Positions 1-11,775 of a stretch of 64,000 nt of DNA are shown here, in pieces (positions within the stretch are counted from its first letter, which is position 1; each line of letters opens with the position of its first letter). The notes under the pieces are model-generated. The model worked only from the letters and a program-made list of their open reading frames with translations, ran no database searches and had not been told where the DNA came from. Made by a program: the position numbers and the translations under genes. The DNA is from Blasia pusilla (Eukaryota), in NCBI GenBank assembly GCA_050084515.1, contig CM114271.1:37820001-37884000 (forward strand), written 5' to 3'.

Positions 1-315
1 GTTCAACCGCATGCGTCAAACTGGAGCTAAGCGCAGGGGTTCATACATTCATTGCTTCCGGTGATATTCACACCAGTAGGAAGGCCAGTAGGAAAGCGCG
101 CCCAGTCTTACAATAGCTAGATTTAACTTGAACTGTACGTATGGAATCGGTCCTATCAATCTCTTCGAATTCATCAATACGTTCAAGCCAAAGTTGAAGT
201 ACGAGCTGCGAAATGGGACCGGTAAAACCGAGCGTACTCACATGCCTTCGGTAATCAAATGCAACAATGTAGAGCCAACAAACATCTCACTGGGATACAG
301 CATGTGTGAGCCTAC

Positions 316-487
316 CGAAGTTGATGATTCGCACCGAGCCTACGTGTCCTTCCACACCCTCGATTTCCTCCATGCTGCTAATGACCTCTGGTAAGAGCTT
401 GGGGAACAGCGTGTTTTGCTCCTTCAAAGCTCCCCACAGGGCGCTCACAGGCACGGCCAACTCGACAACAGACTCGAAGGAACCCAT
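316..487 (-). CDS. Bet v 1/PR-10-like protein, pair 1 minus gene, exon 1 (exon 2 lies left of the window)
   Basis: ATG at 487, MGSFESVVELAVPVSALWGALKEQNTLFPKLLPEVISSMEEIEGVEGHVGSVRIINF. GTAGG donor at 315, phase 1. Gly-rich loop like PR-10. Confidence 0.85.
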
Positions 488-652
488 TTCCGGTCGGGTG
501 CTGAATCTCGGCACTGATGCGATGGACTCTGGAGACGACACTCTCGAGATGAAGATGTAGGTACGGGATGCAAGAGCAAATCGAGTGATGGCGAAATTGT
601 GAGAGAGTACTGGTTGGCGATGAAGCTTGCGAACTGAGATCGCGCGAGCTCC

Positions 653-1404
653 TTATATACTGAACAGAGCAATGTGAGGCTGCTCTGTAGTTGCTGCCAT
701 CCGCCCGTACTCGGGTGCTGAATCATGCCTCCCAGTGGAGGCCGGGATGGCCGAGAAAGGGTTCCCCACCTCCACGGCCTCCACGGTCAAATGACGACGA
801 AGTCCAAAGTTGCTGTTCTAAAGGTCGTCCCGCTCTGACCCGTCCGACGTAGCAAGCGTCTTCTCGCACTTCCATTATGGGCGCGGCTCGGATAAATCGG
901 TCACTAGAATAGGCGTTTTCACCGGCCGAAAGACAAGTGAACATTACGCTTTTACGCCGGTTCCATCCGCTTTTAGCCTCTGTTGACTCGTTTGAGGACA
1001 GAGAAAGGACGACCTCACCGGCGTTTAGCATGCAGCCCGCGGTAGGATACGTTAAATTCGTATAGAATCGCGGTGAGACGGTCGGTCAGTGGAAACTCGT
1101 TAGTGTAAATATTGATAATGGCCTGCCTTCGAGGGTTGTTCGTGCGTGAGTCATGAAGCGGATCACGGGAGTCAGATTAAAGCTAATGCAAGTTACAGCG
1201 AAGACCTTTCTAGGGACAAGGGGCATGCTAACTCGGACCGATGCGACACGCTGCCCCGTTGCAAGTCCTCAAGAGCACATGCCTAGCAAGACGTCGTCGG
1301 CAGGCCTGGGAAGCATTTCTGGTCGTTTGATCTAGACCAATGCATGCATGGCCTTTTTCCCGTGCTAGGCACCAGCTGAGGAGCGTCCTCTGTTCAGTAT
1401 ATAA
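653..1404. promoter_or_regulatory. Divergent promoter region of PR-10 pair 1 with mirrored TATA boxes
   Basis: TATATAA on minus at 653-659 and on plus at 1398-1404, both in the context CTCTGTTCAGTATATAAG, ~150-170 nt upstream of each ATG. RY-like CATGCATG at ~1343-1350. Confidence 0.75.
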
Positions 1405-1547
1405 GAGCCTCGCGCACTCTCAGTTCGCAGGCCTTCATCGCTAACCAGTAAAGTCTCGCAATCAATCGATCTGCTCTTGCATCCAACTTTAGATCTCCGT
1501 CTAGATCATTTAGTCCATTCCATCAGGGTCGAGATTCAGCACCGGAA

Positions 1548-2211
1548 ATGGGTTCCTTCGAGTCTGCTGTGGAGTTGGCCGTGCCTGTGAGCGCCCTGTG
1601 GGCGGCTTTGAAGGAGCAAAACACGCTGTTCCCCAAGCTCTTACCAGAGGTCATTAGCAGCGTTGAGGAAATCGAGGGTGTGGAAGGACACGTCGGCTCC
1701 GTCCGACTCATCAAGTTTGGTAAGATCACGAAAGAACATGTCAGGCTCAAGAAGTTTATGCACACAGTGTTGATGAGTAAATCACGGTCCGTTTTATTGG
1801 TCCCATTTAGCAGTTCGATGTTGCAACTAATGGCGATGAATGCCTAGTATCAATAGGCATGGCCACCTGAAATTGAATGATCGGTTCTCACACCAACGCC
1901 GTCCACACTTTCCAGTGGCTCCCGCGGGCGCGTTCGTCAAGGAGAAGCTCATCGGCCTGGACCTCGAAGGTGATTCTAAAATCACCACTCAAGAGATCGA
2001 GGGAGGACATCTCAGCGAGGGCGTAGGCTTCACCAAGTGGGTTACCATCATGACCATCAGCGCCGTCGGCGATGACAAGTGCAAGGTGCACGTCACCACC
2101 GAGTACGAGGGCGGCTCAGAAAACGCCATTCCTGGCGTCGTCGAACAAGCGCAGGGAGCAGTCACACATTTGTTCAAAGCAATCGAAGATTATATCAAGA
2201 ACAAGGCGTAG
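1548..2211 (+). CDS. Bet v 1/PR-10-like (START-fold) protein, pair 1 plus gene; exons 1548-1719 and 1916-2211, 155 aa
   Basis: GTAAG donor at 1720, TTTCCAG acceptor ending 1915. Splicing gives an open 468-nt CDS: ...GHVGSVRLIKF-V-APAGAFVKEKLIGLD...IEGGHL...LFKAIEDYIKNKA*. Length, single intron position and C-terminal FKAIEDY helix are typical of PR-10. Confidence 0.9.
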
Positions 2212-2889
2212 ATGAATTCAGCGTTGTGCGGGTATTGAACCCAGGGAATCAGAATTTACTCCCGTTGCATGTTTCCTGCCGATCGAGCTAGAGCCCTTCA
2301 ATTGTTTTTCGAAATTTCGTCATCAATTAGCATTGTAGGTAATTGTAAGTCAGAAACAGAATAACACCCTTGAACTCGACGCTTCCGTGTGTGTCCTAGT
2401 GCTAGCCGGCCCTGGTTCAACCAGCTTTAGTCGAGTTAGATCTAAAATCCTGGGGGTGCCATTCGGTGATGAGTTCCTGGCACAGAGTTTTTATTCCCAA
2501 TTAGCTTCGGTAAGAGCTCAGATTTCTCTCAAGCCTGATGGCGTCACGGCACCACAGGATGTACGATTTTGGAAAGTGTAGGAGTTCTGATCCCTTCTAT
2601 GAATGAAAATTTAAAAGAATTTACAGCACACTCAGTCTATTGTGTACGCGCAGCGGATTCCTATTAGCAAGAGTCTCTTGAAACGCACATATGTAAGAAA
2701 CTTGCTGAATTCTCGCAACCTGGAAAATGTCCAGAAATATTCAGGATTCATTAATGAATGAACAGATCCAATTTAAAGATCGGTAGAGGAGGCGTCTCCC
2801 GCGTCCTCAGGGAGTTCAACTTGTCTTCCGATTCACGAGCGTACACGGGCTTGGGCAGGTTGGGCAACCTGCAATTTTATGTTGAATTA

Positions 2890-3800
2890 TACTACGATGG
2901 CAGGCCAGAGAAAATAATTACGTAGCCGGTTGATAGAAGAAGTTGTCACTCTCGCGAAACGAGAAAGAGTTCGTGAGTGCGGGCAAAACATTTTGTGGAA
3001 GGTTGAGACTATGGCCACATAAACCAGCGACATGCTTACGCATCCCAAAGAAGGAATCAATACACGTTCGAAGGCGCGGCATTCGGTCATGAAGGAGCTG
3101 CTTCATTTGAGCTAGAAGGCAAGCAGGACCACCAATCAATCATTGAACAGTTCGCCGTTGAAAGCAGCTCCCGCTTGCACCAAAGTAGTGCAAGTAATGA
3201 TGGCGACGGAGAATATAGGAAATGATATAGATGCAGAAGGTAGTTAGAATACGCTAAGTTTTTAAAATTTCTTGCGAAGTTGTATCACTTTTTATAGTCA
3301 CAACTGTACATGAGATTAATTATAAAGAAATGTGGATTGCTAAGTGGAACCATCCGAGTGTAGGACGAGAAGCTTGCTCGACTAGGGCTGAGAGTGTTTT
3401 TCTATCTGAAAGACGGTGTAGTGATTGAAGTGACATTTAGAGCTCTAGAGACTGATCTAATATGCGAAGGATAATGCATCTAATATGCGAAGGATAATGC
3501 ATCTAACCATGACGAACATTTACATCTTGCAGAGTGGGCGTACGTCTGGAGACGTGGAAGCCTCCAAGTGTCCACGTGATCGATCATATTATGGATATGA
3601 ACCGCCAGGACTTGCAAGTCATGGCTATGGCAAGTCTACCAAGGTCTTGTTCGCGGCTTCAGATGAACTCCGGAAGGCAGACTGTTGGTTATCCGAAACT
3701 ACAAGACAGAAGTTCCTTTCGTTTTCTGCCACGTCACTCCCGATCGAGAGGCCTACAAATCTACATCTATGGGCAGCATTTGGTTGGCCAGGCCACTCGA
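2890..3800 (+). pseudogene. Possible decayed coding sequence of unknown family downstream of plus PR-10 genes
   Basis: Protein-like stretches broken by stops (LEYAKF..FLAKLYHFL*SQLYMRLIIKKCGLLSGTIRV*DEKLARLGLRVFFYLKDGVVIEVTFRALETDLICEG; VRLETWKPPSVHVIDHIMDMNRQDLQVMAMASLPRSCSRLQ). Homologous copies at ~12.3-13.05, 37.57-38.27 and 50.45-51.5 kb. Confidence 0.3.
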
Positions 3801-4215
3801 AGCGAGACCTTCTGGTCTTTTAGTTCCCGCCCGCGATCATGAACTGTTTATTTGGTTCTGTAACTTCTGTTTCTTCATAAGCACAAATGGGGTCCACGAT
3901 GTCAGACAAAATACATCTCTCGAAAGTCCTGTCTCCGACGTGGACGCTAGACCGTAAGGCAGAAACAAGATCCGGGAGTTCTTTACCGGTACGGCAGTAT
4001 TTTTTTGGGAAAACTTTCTTCTTTTCGGTAATTTTCCAATTTTTTACACATTTGTTCGGCTAATATCCGGAAAACCAGCGGGGAAAAATTTTCCCACCTC
4101 TTTTTGACTTCATTCTCTAGTTGTAAAACGCCTCATTCACTTCAATTTTTGCCTCCCTTTTTGAGACTAAGTATCATGTTATCCCTTCTAAGAAATGTTA
4201 TCCCTTCTAAGAATT

Positions 4216-6110
4216 GAGCCCGTCCACGACGGTTCCCTTGAAAGGAAAAAATACATATGTAGAAAAAGGATGGGAAACCCATCACGATCCAAAGAGGGGT
4301 GTGGAGACCCAAAAAATAGACTTCAAGAGGCCGGAGCCGGTCCCGAGGAGAAAGAAGGGGGCCTTCCCCCTTAACGACCAAAATCACCAACAACAGAAAC
4401 AATATCAGCAACACCTACAAAACTATGATTACTACTAAGTGGGCCTCTAGCATTGACCTCTCCAACCGCCTGAGCCCGCCGCAGAAGCCCATTTGCCTGG
4501 GTGCGCTGCAAAGCTATGGAGACCCGTTGCCTACAATAAAGTATCGCAGTGGCTAAGGACAACCCATTTCTTGACTGGAGATGATGGGTGCAATCCGTAA
4601 AGAACGAGTCAAACCTCTCCCCCATCGCCCCGTACATCTCAATGGCTAAGGGGATAAATCGATGTCCATCATGAAGTAGACTATAAATGTGGGTCTTCTT
4701 GACCACCGCCGCCGCCGCTCCTTGTAGCAATCTCCCTTGTGCTACCACTTGGGCTCGCACCGCCTCCCGCGTAGGATCTGTCACTACAACATCCGCTACC
4801 ACCACCTAAGACTCCCTCTTAATGTAGAGATCCATACGGATAAGGGAATCCTGCATGGAGTAGTGCCTCTTTCTTTGTACATGGAATCAACTCTCCCGAG
4901 CAATAGAGAACATAATATCCCGCACTGCATCGTGAGTGGCTATCCTCTCATCCCCAACTAGACACCGTGTCAAATGCACACCAAGTGGATTCAGACTCCG
5001 GCGACACTCGCAATGTGTCGAACCAACCATCATTGGTTGGGGCAGGCCTAGTCGGAACCTCATCGCTGTAGTGTAGATAAGTGGTACGATGCGGAAAGCC
5101 GGGATGAGGGGACGAGCCCCCACCCATGAGCCTACCCCCTTTCCGGAGTAAGAGCAAATACGGGCCCGAACCTCCATGGGGATATTCCCGTCCGACATAG
5201 TAGCTTTAAACAATGCATCAAAGTGGACTTCCATCAAAGCAGATTGGAGCCAAGACTGTCCGGAGGTAACTAGGGAAGAGAAAACGGGAAGAACTGCTCT
5301 AGCCTCAACAAGAAGGGAGTCTCTACAAGCTGTGAGTGAAGACTGAAGTGGGAAAAGACCATCCTCAACTTGGGAAATGTACTGTTAAAGTTGCTGAAAT
5401 GCAGGAACAACCAAGTCTCCAAGGCCGAAAATGTGAGTATCATCTACCAAGGAAGGGAAAATGCAACCCGGGAAAGCCTCCACCGTAGAAAGAACCGCTC
5501 GATAATGAGCCAAAGCAAATAATGCACCACCCAAGGGATCACCCTGACGCGTCCCGGTAGCAGACTCCAAGACCGTGACCTCCTCCTCGAACCTACCGTG
5601 GTGAAAATAGAGAGCCGAGGGGGGCCCATAAAAAGCATGCACGAAGGGAATCAAGCTCGCTATGGGACCCCCTGTATCTCTCAGCTCCGTGAAGATAGCT
5701 TCCGGAGACACTGAGTTAAAGGCGTTCTCCACATCTACTTGGAGAACCACCCACTCAGGATGTATATCTAAACAAGCCCTCAAACCTAAGGCTACAGCCT
5801 CACAACCAGCTGGCGTGGCAACTCCGAAGTGGTGACTGGAAAGCCTCACGGAACTGCAAAGCCATAGTGCGACTCACCAACCGCAAGAGCACCTCCCCTA
5901 TGGCAATCGGACGGATCCCTCCACGATAACGCCAAAAGTCGCCCCACCCCCAATACGTGGGCTACTGCTGTTGGCACTCTCCCCTGAGCTAGGTGAGAGG
6001 CAACTTGAAGCAACTCGGAAAAGTCCCTAGTAGTGTCCTCGGAGGGAAAGCAATCACGAAGGTGATCCATCGTCAATCTCCTTCCCATCCCCGCCGCCAT
6101 CCCGTAGAGC
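4216..6110 (-). mobile_element. Non-LTR retrotransposon with C-terminal restriction-like endonuclease (CRE/R2-group), 5'-truncated, frameshifted
   Basis: RT motifs VLQVDVENAFNS, GTRQGDPLGGALF, SLVDD (5385-5849). CCHC knuckle CECRRSLNPLGVHLTRC...HDAVRD (4887-5237). RLE motif ADVVVTDP...KK...FIPLAIEMYG (4371-4805). Confidence 0.85.
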
Positions 6111-7400
6111 TCCGCGGCGCCCTCTCAAGCATCCTTAGAGACCCTCCCCTTGATATATACTTCAAGGGCTCTCCAACCTCCCCCTACGTTTGGGATAGTC
6201 TTCTCAGGCCACTCCGTTTGGGTCTTAGCCCAACTATCCTTCCAACATTTTTGGACAGTTTCTTCATCTTTGCGTATGCATTTTTTGGGATCTTTTGTGC
6301 ATTGTAATCGGCTTAGCATAAGCTTTCCAATGCCATCTTATTTGTCCCAAATACATCTTGGTTCTGGCCATTATGAATGATCTAAAATACATTGAAATCC
6401 CAAATGCTAGTCAAGTTCCAATTTCGGTTTTCATCATCCTTGGCAACCCACTCTTCTTAGACTCGACTTTTCAAGTCTAGGTTCATATTGGGTCCAAGTT
6501 TCTTGAGTCATGACTATTAACACATGAACACTCAGCCTTGCTTGCGTCTCACATCTCATCTCTCCTCCAAGAGACTTCTTTGAGGCGCATTAATCCTAGT
6601 GTGAGCCTACTAGAGTCTTGATGTTTCCCATTGGCGCACGTTTGGTTATAAAGTGGTGACATCCTGGCTGGCTCTTGCATATGCAACAATTTTAGTTTCC
6701 ACCTCACTTCAACATTACTTCTGGCGCCCAACTTTGCTCTCCTAGCTTTGCTCCTTGCTCTCCAACTTTACTCTTTACTCTTCAACTGCATCTTTGAATA
6801 AGTTCAATAAGAAAGGGTCATTTAAATCCATCACGTACGAAGAAATATGGCAATGAGAAAGACATCAATGAATTCCACACAAGGCAGAAGGAAGGCTATT
6901 AGTGCCAATATATGTCCATCCAAGAAATTCTATGGCATAAAGAGTGCAACTCGAGCACCCTATAAAGCGAGAAATGGTCTTCAATTTTATAATAGAAGTA
7001 TATCAAACTAAAATTCAAGTTACATGATGTAATACAACAAACAATGAACCATTAATGTACGAAAGAATACTTAAGTTGGACATCATCAAAAGATCAGCTT
7101 GGGGTACCAAGTTAAGCCTTTTAAAGGGTCCCTACTTTGGGGATGAGTGAAGAGATTCTCTCCCTTCTTCAAAACACAAGGATCATACAAAGAATATTTC
7201 CCCCGGAAATATTGAGTTCCATTGAGTCCTTGGGGAGATCCAAGGAAGTCAATCATAAAACTAGAGAGTCCCCATAGTGACTCTATTCCTTGAGAAAGTT
7301 TGTATGTAAGAATGAAGTGACGATCCAAACAAGACTTGCAAAGAAGCTACACAATGTATTTGCTAGAAACAATACATATTTGTAATATTCACTAAGAATT
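6110..7400 (-). repeat. Unclassified LTR-like repeat, inverted homolog of 26415-27180 and 60405-61100
   Basis: 6740-7378 reverse-complements 26416-27070 (e.g. cttggatctccccaaggactcaatgga). 6120-6200 matches 27080-27170 including a TATATA(A) box. Confidence 0.5.
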
Positions 7401-9053
7401 CTGGCTTCATCCTTGATGTAAAGGCCACCAAGTGCTTCCCAAGAGTGCGCAAAAGGGCTCAAACAATAGATAAGAAAGTAAATCAAAAGCAATATTGCAT
7501 GGTATTCAAGATCAAACAACTTATTTCAAATAAGAATAGCTATACATTGAGTTCTTGAAGACCTTGGACATATATCTTATTATGTACCCTAAGCGCAAAG
7601 AAGATATGTTATTCGCATCCCTTTTACTTATATGTTATATCTGAAAAGGAATAAGGATAACTATCCATGCTAAAAATGAATATCACCACATGCATGTGGT
7701 GCTATTCATTTTTAGTATGACAATGGAACCTAGTATAATATATGCAGAAAATAATAATAGCATTAAGTCTATTAAAATTTATATATTTCATATAATTTTA
7801 AATAACGAATTGAAAGAAAGACAAATTTCATTGATTAAAATTTAATTAGTGAACGTTATTTTGATGGAAAAGTGGAAAGGTTTAAAATAAAGTACTATCC
7901 ACGCTTTTATGGAAAATTAAAATAGTTGGAATATAATTTAAACTGAAATTTCATTATCATGCTTTTATTTTTATTTTAAAATTTTATATTTAAATCTTTT
8001 AAATGAAGAATACTTTACGTTTCCGGGCGAAAGCATTTGAATGAAAACATTGCAAACGATATAGATGCGAATGACCAATCCCATTTCGTAAAGTGAGCGC
8101 GTTGGACATATGCGTTGCAGACCACAAGCTAGAGTAAGGACCACAGTGCTTACTCTACCGCAAAAGACGGTGTCATGATTGAAGTAGAGTTTGGAGCTCG
8201 AGACCTTGCAGCGCTCGATGAACTGTCGGAATTACATGTCGGAAGTAGAGTTCATCCAACGTTGCCAGGTGAAAACTGATCACCATCGAGAATAACTTAT
8301 CATTGCGATCCATGATGGTGCAGGCGCATGCTTAGAACAGAGCACTTTTCTTAAAATAAAAACAGAGCACTAGACCTAAAAACTGTGTGGGCATCTGATG
8401 GCCAAATCAATCATCTCAGCGATACACCCGATTGCACTCGGTTAAACCAGCTAGCTCCGGTTACCGCAGCACTCAATCTCACGGACTTTCATTCTTCATC
8501 TGTAACCAGATTCCTGTCGATAATTGATGTTGATAAAATTAAATGACGCTTTTATCATGAAGAAGTTCTCGTATTGGGTAGCCAGGGCAACTGGAAAGCA
8601 TCAAGCACTGTAAACTTACTCTTTCAAATTTTCATGCATAGAAGGGATCAGAACCCATGAGCCCTTCAAAATCGTACATCCTGCCGTTCCGCGATGACAG
8701 CGCAGGGGCATGGCAGATTAGAGCTCGAGCCAGAACTGAAAAACTGTGTGCTGGGAACTGATCAGAAAATGGAGCGTGGCGTGCACCTCCGTGCACTCTA
8801 GAACTGCCTAAACTAAACCTGGTTGAATCAAGCAGCACCTTACCCTTACCACTAGCACGTATTAAAATGGAAGACTCCGATCCAGCTCGACACTGTTATT
8901 CTGTTACTACACTTACAACGTCACACCGATAATTCATTCTGGTGGTGACGATCAATCATCAGGAGGGCCCGGAGCTCGATCTTCAAGGAAACAACCAAGC
9001 GGAATCGATTCGTATTCAATGGGGATTAATACTGTGCATATCGTTGACTTCAT

Positions 9054-10052
9054 CTAGGCGCTGTTCTTAATATATACTTCGACTGCCTTGAACAAATTTG
9101 TGACTGCTCCCTCCGCTTGTTCGACGACGCCAGGAATGGCGTTTTCTAAACCGCCCTCGTACTCGGTGGTGACGTGCACCTTGCACTTGTCATCGCCGAC
9201 CGCGCTGATGGTCATACTGGTAACCCACTTGGTGAAGCCCACACTGAGATGTCCCCCCTCGATCTCTTGGGTGGTGATTTTAGCATCACCTTCGAGGTCC
9301 AGGCCGATGAGCTTCTCCTTGACGAACGCGCCGGCGGGAGCCACTGGAAAATGTGAACGAAGTTGGTGTGAAAGATCATCATGAATTTCAGGTGGCCCAT
9401 GGGTACTTCTAGTAAGTGCTCATCACTACTTGCAACAATGATCACGGATACATCCGTTCCGTGGAAAAATTAAGCTGTAGAAAAAATTGACATTTAAACT
9501 GTCGTCTGTATCCGTCATTTGAGCGTAATGCCAATTTTTTCTAGAGGTTTAGTTTTGAAAATCACTGTGTTGGCCAGTTATCGACCTGAATGAGTTTGAC
9601 CGCACGCTTCAAACTGGAGCTAAGCGCAGGCGTTCGTATATTCATTGTTTCCAGTAATATTCACACCAGGAAGGCCAGTAGGAAAGCGCGCCGATCTTAT
9701 TAGTAGCTAGATTTTAGAATTCATCTGGAAATATCTCTTCGAATTCATCAATACGTTCAAGCCAAAGTTGAAGTACGACCTCGAAATGGGACTAGTAAAA
9801 CCGACCGTACTCACATGTGTTCAGTAATCAAATGTAGAGCCCACAAACATCTCTCTGGGATACAGCATGTGCGAGCTTACCGAAGTTGATGATTCGCACC
9901 GAGCCTACGTGTCCTTCCGCACCCTCGATTTCCTCTATGCTGCTAATGACCTCTGATAAGAGCTTGGGGAACAGCGTGTTTTGCTCCTTCAAAGCTCCCC
10001 ACAGGGCGCTCACAGGCACGGCCAACTCGACAGCAGACTCGAAGGAACCCAT
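9054..10052 (-). CDS. Bet v 1/PR-10-like protein, pair 2 minus gene; exons 10052-9881 and 9343-9054, 153 aa
   Basis: GTAAG donor at 9880, TTTTCCAG acceptor at 9344, open frame. In-frame 6-nt deletion (GGHLS-VGF versus GGHLSEGVGF) plus P>S, V>A and S>L changes. Confidence 0.85.
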
Positions 10053-10217
10053 TTCCGGTCCGGTACTGAATCTCGGTACTGATGCGATAGACTCTGGAGA
10101 CGACACTCTCGAGATGAAGATGTAGGTACGGGATGCAAGAGCAAATCGAGTGATGGCGAAATTGTGAGAGAGTACTGGTTAGCGATGAAGCTTGCGAGCT
10201 GAGATCGCGCGAGCTCC

Positions 10218-10969
10218 TTATATACTGAACAGAGCAATGTGAGGCTGCTCTGTAGTTGCTGCCATCCGCCCGTACTCGGGTGCTGAATCATGCCTCCCAG
10301 TGGAGGCCGGGATGGCCGAGAAAGGGTTCCCCACCTCCACGGCCTCCACGGTCAAATGACGACGAAGTCCAAAGTTGCTGTTCTAAAGGTCGTCCCGCTC
10401 TGACCCGTCCGACGTAGCAAGCGTCTTCTCGAACTTCCATTATGGGCGCGGCTCGGATAAATCGGTCACTAGAATAGGCGTTTTCACCGGCCGAAAGACA
10501 AGTGAACATTACGCTTTTACGCCGGTTCCATCCGCTTTTAGCCTCTGTTGACTCGTTTGAGGACAGAGAAAGGACGACCTCACCGGCGTTTAGCATGCAG
10601 CCCGCGGTAGGATACGTTAAATTCGTATAGAATCGCGTTGAGACGGTCGGTCAGTGGAAACTCGTTAGTGTAAATATTGATAATGGACTGCCTTCGAGGG
10701 TTGTTCGTGCGTGAGTCATGAAGCGGATCACGGGAGTCAGATTAAAGCTAATGCAAGTTACAGCGAAGACCTTTCTAGGGACAAGGGGCATGCTAACTCG
10801 GACCGATGCGACACGCTGCCCCGTTGCAAGTCCTCAAGAGCACATGCCTAGCAAGACGTCGTCGGCAGGCCTGGGAAGCATTTCTGGTCGATTGATCTAG
10901 ACCAATGCATGCATGGCCTTTTTCCCGTGCTAGGCACCAGCTGAGGAGCGTCCTCTGTTCAGTATATAA
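10218..10969. promoter_or_regulatory. Divergent promoter region of PR-10 pair 2
   Basis: Mirrored TATATAA at 10218-10224 (minus) and 10963-10969 (plus); nearly identical to 653-1404. Confidence 0.75.
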
Positions 10970-11112
10970 GAGCCTCGCGCAGTCTCAGTTCGCAGGCCTT
11001 CATCGCCAACCAGTAAAGTCTCGCAATCAATCGATCTGCTCTTGCATCCAACTTTAGATCTCCGTCTAGATCATTTAGTCCATTCCGTCAGGGTCGAGAT
11101 TCAGCACCGGAA

Positions 11113-11775
11113 ATGGGTTCCTTCGAGTCTGCTGTGGAGTTGGCCGTGCCTGTGAGCGCCCTGTGGGCGGCTTTGAAGGAGCAAAACACGCTGTTCCCAA
11201 GCTCTTACCAGAGGTCATTAGCAGCGTTGAGGAAATCGAGGGTGTGGAAGGACACGTCGGCTCCGTCCGACTCATCAAGTTTGGTAAGATCACTAAAGAA
11301 CATGTCAGGCTCAAGAAGTTTATGCACACAGTGTTGATGAGTAAATCACGGTCCGTTTTATTGGTCCCATTTAGCAGTTCGATGTTGCAACTAATGGCGA
11401 TGAATGCCTAGTATCAATAGGCATGGCCACCTGAAATTGAATGATCGGTTCTCACACCAACGCCGTCCACACTTTCCAGTGGCTCCTGCGGGCGCGTTCG
11501 TCAAGGAGAAGCTCATCGGCCTGGACCTCGAAGGTGATTCTAAAATCACCACTCAAGAGATCGAGGGAGGACATCTCAGCGAGGGCGTAGGCTTCACCAA
11601 GTGGGTTACCATCATGACCATCAGCGCCGTCGGCGATGACAAGTGCAAGGTGCACGTCACCACCGAGTACGAGGGCGGCTCAGAAAACGCCATTCCTGGC
11701 GTCGTCGAACAAGCGCAGGGAGCAGTCACACATTTGTTCAAAGCAATCGAAGATTATATCAAGAACAAGGCGTAG
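11113..11775 (+). pseudogene. PR-10-like pair 2 plus gene with a 1-nt deletion in exon 1 (exons 11113-11283 and 11480-11775)
   Basis: ttcccaag at 11194-11201 versus ttccccaag in paralogs causes a frameshift. Otherwise almost identical to 1548-2211, so a homopolymer sequencing error is possible. Confidence 0.7.

Noticed and set aside
488-541. N-terminal extension MSSPESIASVPRFSTRPE on the minus PR-10 genes
   Set aside because: It begins at GTG, lies in the 5' UTR homologous to the plus gene's UTR, and is not called in pair 3.
723-1335. Conserved ORFs of 102 aa (-) and 60 aa (+) in the PR-10 spacer (also 10288-10900 and 35426-36038)
   Set aside because: They lie upstream of the TATA boxes, have no recognisable motif, and their conservation is explained by near-identical duplication.
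1720-1915. Micro-exon within the PR-10 intron
   Set aside because: Direct two-exon splicing already gives an in-frame 155-aa protein, and no AG-GT-bounded segment is conserved between partner introns.
306-2291. Antisense and alternate-frame ORFs overlapping the PR-10 exons
   Set aside because: Shadows of the real GC-rich coding frames.
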